Positions 8,834 to 18,081 of a DNA stretch of 64,000 bases are shown here, piece by piece. The position numbers were made by a program, and so were the translations under genes. The notes beneath the pieces are model-generated. The model made no database searches. It was not told the origin of the DNA and saw only the letters and a program-made list of their open reading frames with translations. This stretch comes from a virus. The first letter of the stretch is position 1, and each line of letters begins with the position of its first letter. The DNA is taken from the IMG/VR virus record IMGVR_UViG_3300018917_000003; one strand, given 5' to 3'.

Positions 8834-9041
8834 TAGATTGTTGTTTTATTACCTGTGTAGTTTTGTAGTTGGCTCGATCAATCAATCGTTGCTTTAGCTC
8901 TTTTGCGGCTTCAGCATCTCCAGAATTTGCTGCAATAGTAATATATTCTAATGGATAAATAGCATCAATATCGTCTGAGTCAAGTTGTAGTTTGTTCATT
9001 TTGATGTTTTTTGTATAATGTTCTTTCATAGATTGTCTCAT
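8817..9041 (-). CDS. Small acidic hypothetical protein (start uncertain, possibly 8999)
   Basis: ORF bridging two paralogues and overlapping both neighbours. No SD seen at either candidate start. Confidence 0.35.
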   Translation of the reverse strand: MRQSMKEHYTKNIKMNKLQLDSDDIDAIYPLEYITIAANSGDAEAAKELKQRLIDRANYKTTQVIKQQSNARLK

Positions 9042-10548
9042 ATTTTTGAGAAAATCGTGTCATTATTTCGTGTTGGTGATTAGCTTCAGCGTCTTTGTAT
9101 TTTAGTTCTCCTGAATTAACTTTAGCTTGAAAATCTTTTTTGACTCCTATTTCAATATTTATTAATGCGTCTATTATTTCATTCCTTGACTGAAATTTCC
9201 AACCGTCTTTGGGTGGCTTTATACTATACCGATAACCGGGGGAGACTGCCCTCATCTCGACGGCTGCGACAGTATAAAGTAAATCAATATCTTCCATAGA
9301 AAATGAATTGCCTAGATATCTTGGATCTGTTTTAGAATGTTCAAGTCCCCTTGGGTGATTGTGGGTGATGATTGTATCTTTCAATTGTGGAATCAGTTGC
9401 TCTGGTATTTTAACGCTATATTGCTCTCCATCTAAGAATGCAACTTGCTTCCCTTTTGAGTCAAAAGCAGCTAGTGATTCAAACTTTTGAGTTTTTAGTT
9501 TATCTTCTAATACTAAAACTTGCTTAGGAGTAGTAAATTGGGCTGTTTCAGTTGGTGGCTTTTTAACACCAGAAGCTATTAATCGCTCTCTCGCTCTTTC
9601 TAGATTGCCAGCTTTAGCCGCTAAAAGTTCAGCACTGCCATACTTTGACCATTTCTGATTCCCGTTTGCCGCCAAGTATCGCGCCAACGTCCGAAGCTTA
9701 TCAATCCGTCCCTGACTAATGCTGGCTACCGCGCCGTTTGCCTTTTTTACTTTCTGTCCAGAACTGTTAATCCAGCAAGTATTTTGCAGTTGAATACAAG
9801 CTCTACCACAGTTATAACTGACTGCGGTACAACGGGGTTTTTTCCCATTTTTGACGGCATCTTGCCTGACCCCTAGCGAAGTGTAACCAAAAGAGAAAAT
9901 GTCAAACAGTTTGGCTGCAACCACACTATCCGCCCGATCGAGCGTCAATGCAGGTTTATATCCAATCCGAGTTTGCTCAACAGAGTAGCTAAAAACCCGC
10001 CTATTCCAAGCGTCCTCAAACTTCCCCGTGATGTTGCCGCCGCTAGCAACTTCAAACGATAGTAAGTAAATATTTAAGCCATAAGCGTCGTCACTTTCGA
10101 TCAATGTCTCTAGCCGTTGCACAAGCTCCGCCAATTCGTCAGCATCTCTCTTTACTTTAGACTGCTGGGCGATATCGTTTTGTAGTTGGGTGATCGAATA
10201 CTGGCTAGCCGCCCCAAACAGTTGCTTAGGGACGTGCTTCAAAAATGTCTCAACAGCCTCATCCAAATTTTCAGCCCCTAAGACATATTTATATTCGTCG
10301 ATCGCCCCTGTCGGAGTAATCTGCACTATTTTAAACACTGTTGGCGTGTCACTAACCACGTATACATCTAAGGCTTTACCATCTAACCCCGCACCCCACG
10401 ATCCTCGGATGCAGCCATAGTTGCACGTCATTGGTGGACTGAAAGAGAATCGTGGTTCCCCGGTTCTCGTAGTAATGTTTAGTGGGATACCATTCCATTG
10501 TCTAACTTCTTTAGTCGGCTCGCTGTTAGCATCTGTGTAATATCTCAT
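8980..10548 (-). CDS. Paralogue family member P2: pyrophosphatase-like N-domain, Cys4 module and C-terminal JAB/MPN-like motif
   Basis: aa 1-125 contain CNYGCIRGSWGAGLDGKALDVYVV, which resembles the family I PPase core NYGYI..DGDPxDVLV. The central module is about 70 percent identical to P1. The C-terminus has THNHP(x17)SFSMEDI at nt 9352-9363 onward. Confidence 0.7.
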   Translation of the reverse strand: MRYYTDANSEPTKEVRQWNGIPLNITTRTGEPRFSFSPPMTCNYGCIRGSWGAGLDGKALDVYVVSDTPTVFKIVQITPTGAIDEYKYVLGAENLDEAVETFLKHVPKQLFGAASQYSITQLQNDIAQQSKVKRDADELAELVQRLETLIESDDAYGLNIYLLSFEVASGGNITGKFEDAWNRRVFSYSVEQTRIGYKPALTLDRADSVVAAKLFDIFSFGYTSLGVRQDAVKNGKKPRCTAVSYNCGRACIQLQNTCWINSSGQKVKKANGAVASISQGRIDKLRTLARYLAANGNQKWSKYGSAELLAAKAGNLERARERLIASGVKKPPTETAQFTTPKQVLVLEDKLKTQKFESLAAFDSKGKQVAFLDGEQYSVKIPEQLIPQLKDTIITHNHPRGLEHSKTDPRYLGNSFSMEDIDLLYTVAAVEMRAVSPGYRYSIKPPKDGWKFQSRNEIIDALINIEIGVKKDFQAKVNSGELKYKDAEANHQHEIMTRFSQKYETIYERTLYKKHQNEQTTT

Positions 10549-10658
10549 TATTTTTTATTAATGGTTTTTATTTGGCTATAGTTTTTACTAAACCTTCTAT
10601 ATTCTCTAGATTTTGACAGTGCTTCGCTGTATAATCTCAATATACCATTCATTTTTTT

Positions 10659-10847
10659 ATGATATCCCAAAACAAAGACAATCCAAGTAAATTTGCAGCT
10701 AATTCAAACAAAAACGTACCTAGATCAATTGGTGAAAAACCAATGAGTGCAGAACGCGCTGCAAGATTTTTAGATACACAAGAAGAATTCTTAGAAAGTC
10801 TAGCACTTAGACCGGAAAGAAGCAAAAACGAATACGAGAAGAAATAG
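10659..10847 (+). CDS. Possible small opposite-strand gene in the P1-P2 gap
   Basis: 62-aa ORF in an otherwise ORF-free 338-nt gap. TATAAT lies at 10630-10635, but the nearest TTGACA is only 11 nt upstream. No SD. Confidence 0.25.
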   Translation: MISQNKDNPSKFAANSNKNVPRSIGEKPMSAERAARFLDTQEEFLESLALRPERSKNEYEKK

Positions 10848-10886
10848 AATAAGACATATCGCCAAATTAAGAAAGATCGAACTTAT

Positions 10887-12197
10887 TTAAACCTCTTTAA
10901 CGGGAATAGTTATGATTAATCCGCCTGGTGTGTGAAAAGTTTTTGTGTCGCCAGCAAGTTTGTATCTCGCTCCTTTTGGAACAAGAACTTCATCTTCTTC
11001 TGGAAATTTTGAAAGGTTTCTTATTGTAACACCTGACTTGTTTTCTATTACTTCATATATAATAGAAACCTTCTGACCTTTTTTGCTTGCTAAGGCAAAT
11101 GCACGTGCCTGAGACTCAGACGAACTAAAGCTTGACATAGCGTTTAGTTCATGAGAGTCTCCGTTTTGCAATTTTTTAATAGCGTCATCAAGAGCCTGTT
11201 GAGATTCTAGTTGTACCCCTCTATAGATAGATCTATAAAATTTGGGCATTTTTTCAATATATTGATTGATAGCTTTTACTTTGGATTTCATCTTAGTAAT
11301 GACTTCACTTGATTCTCCTGAGCTTAGTTTTCCAGTTTTTTCTAGTTCTCTATATTTTTTGTAACCTGCTCCGCTAAACTCTGCGAGAGCATCCAACGAT
11401 GCTTTCACTTCTTTATCTTTCATTCCAGTTACTTTTGATATTTTCCTGACAACTTCTGGATTTTTGATATCGGAACTAGAACCGAACGCAGCAAGTAAAT
11501 TATCCTCATCCTCATCTGCGCCAGAAGTAGCAGAAGCCGGAATTACATCATGCGTATTATCAATACTAAAGGGCTTTATTTTTGCAGTAGGTTGTGCAAT
11601 ATTAGAAGAAAATAATTTACTCCTGGCAGCTTCTAAAACATTTGCTTTAGCCGCTAAAAGTTCAGCACTGCCATACTTTGACCATTTATGATTCCCGTTC
11701 GCCGTTAAGTATCGCGCTAGCGTCCGAAGCTTGTCAATGCGTCCTTGGCTAATATTGGCAACCGCGCCACCCTCTTTTTTTACTTTCTGTCCAAAGCTGT
11801 TAATCCAGCAAGTGTTTTTTAATTGAATGCAAGCCTTGCCACAACTGTAACTAACAGCAGTACAACTAGGTTTTTTGCCACTTTTGACAGCATCCCATCT
11901 AACTCCCAGTGATATGTAGCCGGAGGAGAAAATATCAAATTGTTTGGCTGCTGTAGCACTGTCCGCCCGATCGAGCGTCAACGAAGGTTTATAACCTATT
12001 CGATTTTTTTCAATAGAGTAGCTAAAAATTCGATTGTTCCAGGTATCTTGAAACTTTCCAGTAATGTCGCCGTTGCTAGCAAGTGCAAATGAAAGCACGT
12101 AAAAATTCGAGTTGTATGCGTCGTCACTTTCTATCAACGCCTCTAACTGCTCTACAAAGTCCGTCAGTTCATTGTTCGTTTCTACACGATTTGTCAT
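10887..12197 (-). CDS. Paralogue family member P1: Cys4 N-module plus C-terminal ADP-ribosyltransferase (R-S-E type)
   Basis: The C-terminal ~120 aa carry IYRG (R about 326), FSSS (about 357-360) and EEDEVLVPKGARY (ExE about 401-403). This is the classical R / S-T-S / E-x-E triad of C3/Alt-like ARTs. Its start overlaps the portal stop. Confidence 0.8.
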   Translation of the reverse strand: MTNRVETNNELTDFVEQLEALIESDDAYNSNFYVLSFALASNGDITGKFQDTWNNRIFSYSIEKNRIGYKPSLTLDRADSATAAKQFDIFSSGYISLGVRWDAVKSGKKPSCTAVSYSCGKACIQLKNTCWINSFGQKVKKEGGAVANISQGRIDKLRTLARYLTANGNHKWSKYGSAELLAAKANVLEAARSKLFSSNIAQPTAKIKPFSIDNTHDVIPASATSGADEDEDNLLAAFGSSSDIKNPEVVRKISKVTGMKDKEVKASLDALAEFSGAGYKKYRELEKTGKLSSGESSEVITKMKSKVKAINQYIEKMPKFYRSIYRGVQLESQQALDDAIKKLQNGDSHELNAMSSFSSSESQARAFALASKKGQKVSIIYEVIENKSGVTIRNLSKFPEEDEVLVPKGARYKLAGDTKTFHTPGGLIITIPVKEV

Positions 12198-13660
12198 TAC
12201 TCTTCCTCCTCAAAAGCTGCTGCATCGTCGCCCCCTAATTCCATCGGCGGCGCGTTTTGTTCTTCTTCTAATTTTTTGCGCTTGTCAAAGTCTAAGTTTA
12301 TTTTATACTGCGGAGTCGTGCCACCAAACACTGAGTTAGCAACTTCTTCTGGCATAAGCACCTGCGAACTAATATAGCTGCTGTTCGCCCCGGCATAAAT
12401 AGAAAATAAATCTGCTTTTTCTTTCTCGGTCATGGGGTGGGTGTCAATAAAGTTCCACCGAAAACCATTAGGTATATTACCTTTTGTTGGTGAGTTTTTA
12501 GCTAGCCAGCACAGCCAATGGAAGCGGTTTAGTTGGCGCTTCATGTGTCTGTTCTGATATTGGCGGACGGTTTTATTCATGTCCGTTTGTTCGCTACCAC
12601 CACTGACCCCTAGTTTGCCCGCTGGGGATACTCCTAATAGGTAGGTGCGAGGCAAATTAGAGGCTGCTACACATTCATCAATTGTCTTTTCTACTGCCCC
12701 AAAAATACCTTCAAAATTTAGCGAACTTTCTTGTATATCTTCCGTATCTTTGTCAATCACGCGGTACTTAAAACTCGACTCCATCATTGCAGCTTCAGCA
12801 ATTCGTTTCCGTAAAAATTCTTCATCTCCCGCGATAATCATTTTAAATAAATCTTTTATTTTCCAAGTTTTTTTGATAATTTCAGGCAATAAAGAAGCAG
12901 CTAAGCTAATAGCCAGATCGTACCGAGCGAGTGGTTGAGCGAATGTTTCTAAAACTGAATTGCCCCAGCCTTGATTACGTTGTCGAGAACGATAACTTAA
13001 GCGGGTTGCGCCAGCAAATCTCAACACGCGCGATCGGTGAATTAGCCCAGTGTTTTTCTGTCCAATATTCCGCGCCAAACTTAACCGATAGTGAGTCGGT
13101 CGGCTCATGTCCCACGTAAAATCGTCTTGCATTAAAAAATTCTCGTTTTTTTCTAATGACGCATGACGCTCTGGCGTAACAGCCCAACGGTCAAATACTC
13201 GCAAAAAATTGATAGTTTTAATATTTTTTTCGTCTACCTCTTCCCAAGCTTCCCGCCCGTCGTCAATGTCAATATAGATAGCTGAGCCACCTGTTAGCCG
13301 TTCCTCTCTCATTGCTTCATTGAAGATATCAGCAGTTGATATTTCGTCTCCAACATCATCAACTAATCTGTCTTGGTATTCAATGAATTGACCTATTAAA
13401 TCTGGTGCATTATTTTCGCCCGTTATCTGATATTCAATCCACTCTCTAGTACATTCGTCGGGTAACACATCAATTAGATTCTGCACCATCCAGTGATATT
13501 CGTACAAATGGTCTATGTCTTGAGGTGCAAGTTTGCGAAGTGCTTGAATCTCGGTGTATACACTTCGATCACGCGCTGTCCCTTGTCCGGTGTAGGCATT
13601 GGCAAACAGTCCAGGTAAAAACGAATCTTGTCTACTAAATAAATCGTTTAAGTCGCTCAT
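12197..13660 (-). CDS. Portal protein (resembles DUF1073 / HI1409-type portals)
   Basis: 487 aa. ..RLTGGSAIYIDIDDG.., ..PTHYRL.., ..IHRSRVLRFAG.., ..WGNSVLE.. match my memory of that portal family. It occurs with the capsid and scaffold types that usually accompany it. Confidence 0.75.
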   Translation of the reverse strand: MSDLNDLFSRQDSFLPGLFANAYTGQGTARDRSVYTEIQALRKLAPQDIDHLYEYHWMVQNLIDVLPDECTREWIEYQITGENNAPDLIGQFIEYQDRLVDDVGDEISTADIFNEAMREERLTGGSAIYIDIDDGREAWEEVDEKNIKTINFLRVFDRWAVTPERHASLEKNENFLMQDDFTWDMSRPTHYRLSLARNIGQKNTGLIHRSRVLRFAGATRLSYRSRQRNQGWGNSVLETFAQPLARYDLAISLAASLLPEIIKKTWKIKDLFKMIIAGDEEFLRKRIAEAAMMESSFKYRVIDKDTEDIQESSLNFEGIFGAVEKTIDECVAASNLPRTYLLGVSPAGKLGVSGGSEQTDMNKTVRQYQNRHMKRQLNRFHWLCWLAKNSPTKGNIPNGFRWNFIDTHPMTEKEKADLFSIYAGANSSYISSQVLMPEEVANSVFGGTTPQYKINLDFDKRKKLEEEQNAPPMELGGDDAAAFEEEE

Positions 13661-14367
13661 ATCTCACCTTCTGGGTTTTGAGGAATATTAGCAAACATTT
13701 TGGTTAGGTCAAAATCTGCCGTGTCAAGCCCCAATGCTTTGTTTATAACATCCGGGTTTTGTTCTTTATATTTCTGGTAACTTTCTGCTAGATATTGCTT
13801 GCGTCGATCCTCTGGGGATTCCTGCGAAGCATTGTAAGCTTGCACCAGTAAATTAATACTGTTGAGGTCAAACCGATCGTACAAAGCTAATGTATCTCTA
13901 ACACTGGTTGCAGCGGTTAATTGCCCGATAGTGTCAAGTTCAACGTCGCCACAACTTTTTATTGGCGGATTCCAGTTGTCAATCTCATCCCCTTCTTGCG
14001 GTTCTTGTGCTACCTCTGTATTCACGGGTTCGTCTGACTGATGTAATGCTAAAAGCTTACTAGGAAAAGCTTGGTTATCTTCTCCAATTTTGCATAAGAA
14101 CATTAATTGAATTTCTTCTGTCTCCATTAATGAAACATCCCAACCGTAGATTGTCGGTTGAGGTGGTAGATCGAGTCGAGGGAATAAATTTGCGATTTGC
14201 TGCAAAAGTGTTTGGTAGTCCGTTGCTAAAAGTGCGGTGTCCCCTTCTAAGTTATCCCAGAGTTTTGTCAACTCTTCTGTAAGAATTTGAAATGTTGACA
14301 ATCTAGAAAAGGGAACTGGGGCAATCACAATTACTTGAGGCCCCAGCCAAAACAATAAACTTTTCAC
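13657..14367 (-). CDS. Hypothetical virion-block protein
   Basis: 236-aa ORF with a 4-nt overlap on the portal start. Confidence 0.6.
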   Translation of the reverse strand: MKSLLFWLGPQVIVIAPVPFSRLSTFQILTEELTKLWDNLEGDTALLATDYQTLLQQIANLFPRLDLPPQPTIYGWDVSLMETEEIQLMFLCKIGEDNQAFPSKLLALHQSDEPVNTEVAQEPQEGDEIDNWNPPIKSCGDVELDTIGQLTAATSVRDTLALYDRFDLNSINLLVQAYNASQESPEDRRKQYLAESYQKYKEQNPDVINKALGLDTADFDLTKMFANIPQNPEGEI

Positions 14368-14375
14368 AGGTCAGC

Positions 14376-15209
14376 TTAACAAATTCGTTGTTGTGGTAGC
14401 CATTCCCATTCATACGGTTTACAGCGACCCGCAGTAATAATGGTATAAGTGACGGCGATATTTTGCTCAGCTCCCAATGGGATATCACCTTCCGCAGGAT
14501 TTAGCACCGCTTCAGGGATTTTTAGATGCCATCGTTTTTGGGTTCGAGTTTGTCCGCAAATGTTGATTTCGCACCGCTCCAGTGGAAGTCCTTCGTTTAG
14601 ACGAATAACTCCTGCTAGGTTGTTTGGAATCATCATAGACACGTACTTACCCACTAAGTCAGCGCTAAACCCTAAACCCATGTTTGCGCCAATTGCTACA
14701 ATGTTTGTTCCAGTCGGCGGCGCAGCAGCAGAATAAGTCCCTGTCATTGTTAGAGGAGTTGGCAAGCCGTCTTCCGTAAGTGTTCCTCCTATTGCACCCG
14801 CAGGAGATGCAATTACCCCAAATCCTTCCTGCCCCTCTGTGGCTGGGGGTAAGATTTGTTCAGTAATTAGCCTAGGAGCCCAGTGAATAAACGTGCTGGA
14901 TTGACCTGTTATGACTTCTGGAGTCATGCCTTCTCGCATCCCCACAGTCAATGGAGTGAACAAAGGAAAAGTGAGTGTAAGAGAGGGTCTGTTTTCGTTA
15001 ATAAATTGATCCGCTAAGACTGTCTCCCCTTGAGAAGAAGTGGTCATGATTTCCGTTAAACTAATGCCTTTGTTTAGCGTCGGATCGTTGGGAGTTGCGA
15101 CACAAACCGGAGATCCTAATTGTCCAAGTGCATTACGGAAGCGAATCGTGATATCTGTAACTGGTCTTCGACCTTGAAATGGTGAGTTTGACATAGTTTT
15201 TACCGACAA
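14376..15209 (-). CDS. Hypothetical structural protein (possible tail tube, from size and position only)
   Basis: 277-aa ORF in the minus-strand virion operon. No motif recognised. Confidence 0.55.
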   Translation of the reverse strand: MSVKTMSNSPFQGRRPVTDITIRFRNALGQLGSPVCVATPNDPTLNKGISLTEIMTTSSQGETVLADQFINENRPSLTLTFPLFTPLTVGMREGMTPEVITGQSSTFIHWAPRLITEQILPPATEGQEGFGVIASPAGAIGGTLTEDGLPTPLTMTGTYSAAAPPTGTNIVAIGANMGLGFSADLVGKYVSMMIPNNLAGVIRLNEGLPLERCEINICGQTRTQKRWHLKIPEAVLNPAEGDIPLGAEQNIAVTYTIITAGRCKPYEWEWLPQQRIC

Positions 15210-15243
15210 TTAAAGGGAAAGTGAATGCGCTAGTCTTGCTGAC

Positions 15244-15597
15244 TTAGCTAGCACTTGTTTTAGTGACAGACGTTGCAGTAACAGCTAATACAACTTCATT
15301 CTCGTCAGTTGGCGGAACAAATTGTTTTAGATCGATTAAGACGTGATTCAGCAAGCTAGATTCGCCTAACTCTCCATTAGTGTATTGAGCCGCATTTACC
15401 GCGATTCGCTGAATCCCGTTCTCTACTTCAAGTAATTTGCATTCAATAGCACTTACTGAAACTTGCTTACCGTCGGGAGTGGGCAAGATAATCGGAACTA
15501 CAAACCCTGTTTCTGTTTCTGTTGGTTGACCAGGTACAAGTTCAAGGCTGATTTTAGTCGTAGGATTTAGTTTTGCCATCTCAAATTCAATCTTCAT
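15244..15597 (-). CDS. Hypothetical structural protein
   Basis: 117-aa ORF with a 4-nt overlap on the upstream gene. Confidence 0.6.
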   Translation of the reverse strand: MKIEFEMAKLNPTTKISLELVPGQPTETETGFVVPIILPTPDGKQVSVSAIECKLLEVENGIQRIAVNAAQYTNGELGESSLLNHVLIDLKQFVPPTDENEVVLAVTATSVTKTSAS

Positions 15598-16076
15598 GCG
15601 CTAAAAACTCCTGATACATTTGCTAACTCTATGAATTCACAATGAAATCTCACTTTGAATTCAATCTCAAAAATCAAAAGCCAATCAGACTTAGGTTCTT
15701 CGTTTATGATTACGCTACCCCTGCTTTCTATCTTTTCAATATCGGGCGATAAACAAGCAAGGTGAGCTTGTAATTGAAGAAAGCTAGCGGTCAGAATGTC
15801 TTCTGCGGAACCTCTGGGAATTTGAGTATAAGTGCAGGCGCTATCAAATCGGTAGATAATCTGAAAAGGGATTGATGTCTCTAGCAAATAAGTGCTAGTG
15901 TTACCCATTCCAAGTATTTCCACTACTGAAAATCCAGACGCTTTGCCGTCAAGCCCTGCTGAGGGAGGAGCGCGAAGGTCTTTGACTGATTCTGGCGAGT
16001 TCAGTCCCCACCGATCAATTCGTAGTTGCTGACTCAACCATTCTTTTAATTTGGCTCTCAATTCACTTGGTAGCAT
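15594..16076 (-). CDS. Hypothetical structural protein
   Basis: 160-aa ORF, start/stop coupled to both neighbours. Confidence 0.6.
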   Translation of the reverse strand: MLPSELRAKLKEWLSQQLRIDRWGLNSPESVKDLRAPPSAGLDGKASGFSVVEILGMGNTSTYLLETSIPFQIIYRFDSACTYTQIPRGSAEDILTASFLQLQAHLACLSPDIEKIESRGSVIINEEPKSDWLLIFEIEFKVRFHCEFIELANVSGVFSA

Positions 16077-16552
16077 TAAATCAGTCCTGGTAAAGATCCA
16101 GCAGAGTTAGTCTTGAATAAATCACCTTTAATCGTTAAGTCGCCTTGCCAAGTCTTATTAACAGCAAGCCCTGTTAATTGAATTTCCAAAAATAGCTTTT
16201 TAGCAGGCTGATACCAAGTTGGATCGCCTTGGCTCATTCCTAGAACTTGTCCTAAATTTTGGTCAAGTATTAAAGTCTCGGTGTCTGCGGGAGCTAATAT
16301 TAGTGATAAGTCGGCGGTTGTCAGAGTCGTGTTAAGTGTGACGGTGAAATTTTTAGGCCCAATTAATTGCACGGACTCAGCCGGATTCAATGAGTCAAGC
16401 GCCAACAATCGCACCACGGGCAAAGTTTGCGTGGAGAAGCTAGTTAATGGGATTCTGGCAGAAAATTTTACGGTATCACCCTGAATAATTACCAGGTTTC
16501 GTAGCTGGCTTGGTTTCTCGTTTACTGAGAACTTAACAGAATCTAAACTCAT
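16076..16552 (-). CDS. Hypothetical structural protein (beta-rich)
   Basis: 158-aa ORF with 1-nt overlaps on both sides. Confidence 0.6.
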   Translation of the reverse strand: MSLDSVKFSVNEKPSQLRNLVIIQGDTVKFSARIPLTSFSTQTLPVVRLLALDSLNPAESVQLIGPKNFTVTLNTTLTTADLSLILAPADTETLILDQNLGQVLGMSQGDPTWYQPAKKLFLEIQLTGLAVNKTWQGDLTIKGDLFKTNSAGSLPGLI

Positions 16553-17292
16553 TACCTGCCTCCTATGCCACGATAAACATCATCAGACACCGAAAACTTT
16601 GACCGATTAACTGTGTAATGTTCGCCATTTATCGTGCCGTCATCCAACTGAATATCGGCATAAACGATCGCGGGTGTCATCAGAGAGGCAGTGTCTTGAG
16701 GTAACAGCCGAATTTGGTATGTTGCCGCCCGTGTTTTGCCGTTGTAGGTGACAATATCTTCCACTCCCAAAAACTTAACGCCACCATTCTGTAGAGTTTT
16801 CCTAAACAGCGCTTTGCTATCTAAGTGCGCCGGGTCAACTTTACCCGTAAAGGTTACGTTGACTGAGCCATTAGTCTCCGATGCCACTCGATCACCCACA
16901 ATTCTTAAGTTGAAAGCGTAAAAATCAGCCCGCGTCAGTTGATTACCGTCTAGCTGTTCCTCTTGTCCATTTTTGAGTAGAAACAGTTCAGCACTGGGAG
17001 GAAAGACGATTTTGCCAAGTAACGACAATAGTAAAAATTCATCGCGCCCCATCTTGCTATCAGCAGCGATCGCCCGACCGAATGATAGAACCAAATCGCA
17101 AGAATCTGCCCCGACTTTAGCTGAGGCTCCAAGCGATCGGCCAAACTTAAGATTTAGCTCGGTGCTGTCTTTCCCTACTCTTGACTGTGCAGTAATTGCT
17201 CGCCCAAAAGTCCACAGCGTTTCGTTAGCATTAACACTGTCAGTTCCAACTTTTGAATAAGCTCCGACTGAGATTCCAACCATAGTTATCAC
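16552..17292 (-). CDS. Hypothetical structural protein with an N-terminal ~20-aa internal repeat (..VG.DS..L.L.FGR...A..K..)
   Basis: 246-aa ORF. KVGTDS..WTFGRAITAQSRVGKDSTELNLKFGRSLGASAKVGADSCDLVLSFGRAIAADSKMGRDE shows 3-4 tandem units. Confidence 0.6.
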   Translation of the reverse strand: MITMVGISVGAYSKVGTDSVNANETLWTFGRAITAQSRVGKDSTELNLKFGRSLGASAKVGADSCDLVLSFGRAIAADSKMGRDEFLLLSLLGKIVFPPSAELFLLKNGQEEQLDGNQLTRADFYAFNLRIVGDRVASETNGSVNVTFTGKVDPAHLDSKALFRKTLQNGGVKFLGVEDIVTYNGKTRAATYQIRLLPQDTASLMTPAIVYADIQLDDGTINGEHYTVNRSKFSVSDDVYRGIGGR

Positions 17293-18080
17293 CCCCTGAT
17301 AATGATGCCGCCGGGTTCGATTGTCAGCAGGTCACGGTTCCAGCCGTACTTACCGGGGGCCAGAGTTCCCCAGTACCACAGTTCACCTTCTGACCAAATC
17401 TGATAACCACCGATCGGGCCAGTGTCAGCAGTAAATTGATCAAAAGCGAGCGGTAGCAAGTTGTCAATTTGGCGAGTCAGTAGCGGATCTCGCCAGCTTA
17501 TTAGCGCACAAGGGTATTCTTTCTCTGCCCTAGGCGCCAGTGGTTCACCTTCGCCCGTTAGCGGGTTCAGTCCAGGCTTGACAAGTCTGACTGTTACGGC
17601 GCTTTGCGGTGTAATCGCTTGACCTTTAAAAACGGCATTCAGTCGCTTGTTTCTCAGGGCAACACTGGTGCATTGCGCTAACCCGCCGCCGTTAGATTCG
17701 TCAATGGTGAAATTCTTGGAAAAGTGTGTGTCAAACAAGAAATAATCGGGAGGCTCGATCGTCACCCCGTTCCTCAAGTGTCCGGCATAGAAAATGTCAG
17801 CACCGACCGTGACTTGCCAAGAAATCGGGTTGTAGGTTGCGGTAGCTGCGGGGTACGCAAGAATAGCGCTGTTGCTGGTTTTGCCCGCGTCAGCGGCGTA
17901 CATTTTGGCGTTGTCAAGGTCAAATGGTAAATAACCACCGCCGACAACTTCGGCAATTACTCCACTGGCGTTGGGTAGCGTTGTTCCCAATCTAAGTCGG
18001 GGAACATCTGTTAACGAGAATGCGATGCCTCGGATGACGTTGAGCTGGTGTTGAACTAAAACGGGCGATTTGGTTTCCAT
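17289..18080 (-). CDS. Hypothetical structural protein
   Basis: 263-aa ORF with a 4-nt overlap on the downstream gene. Confidence 0.6.
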   Translation of the reverse strand: METKSPVLVQHQLNVIRGIAFSLTDVPRLRLGTTLPNASGVIAEVVGGGYLPFDLDNAKMYAADAGKTSNSAILAYPAATATYNPISWQVTVGADIFYAGHLRNGVTIEPPDYFLFDTHFSKNFTIDESNGGGLAQCTSVALRNKRLNAVFKGQAITPQSAVTVRLVKPGLNPLTGEGEPLAPRAEKEYPCALISWRDPLLTRQIDNLLPLAFDQFTADTGPIGGYQIWSEGELWYWGTLAPGKYGWNRDLLTIEPGGIIIRG

Positions 18081-18081
18081 G

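Noticed and set aside
10610-10640. TTGACA...TATAAT pair upstream of the small + strand ORF 10659-10847 as a strong promoter
   Set aside because: The spacer is only 11 nt, which does not fit a sigma70-type promoter. The ORF is kept only as a low-confidence feature.
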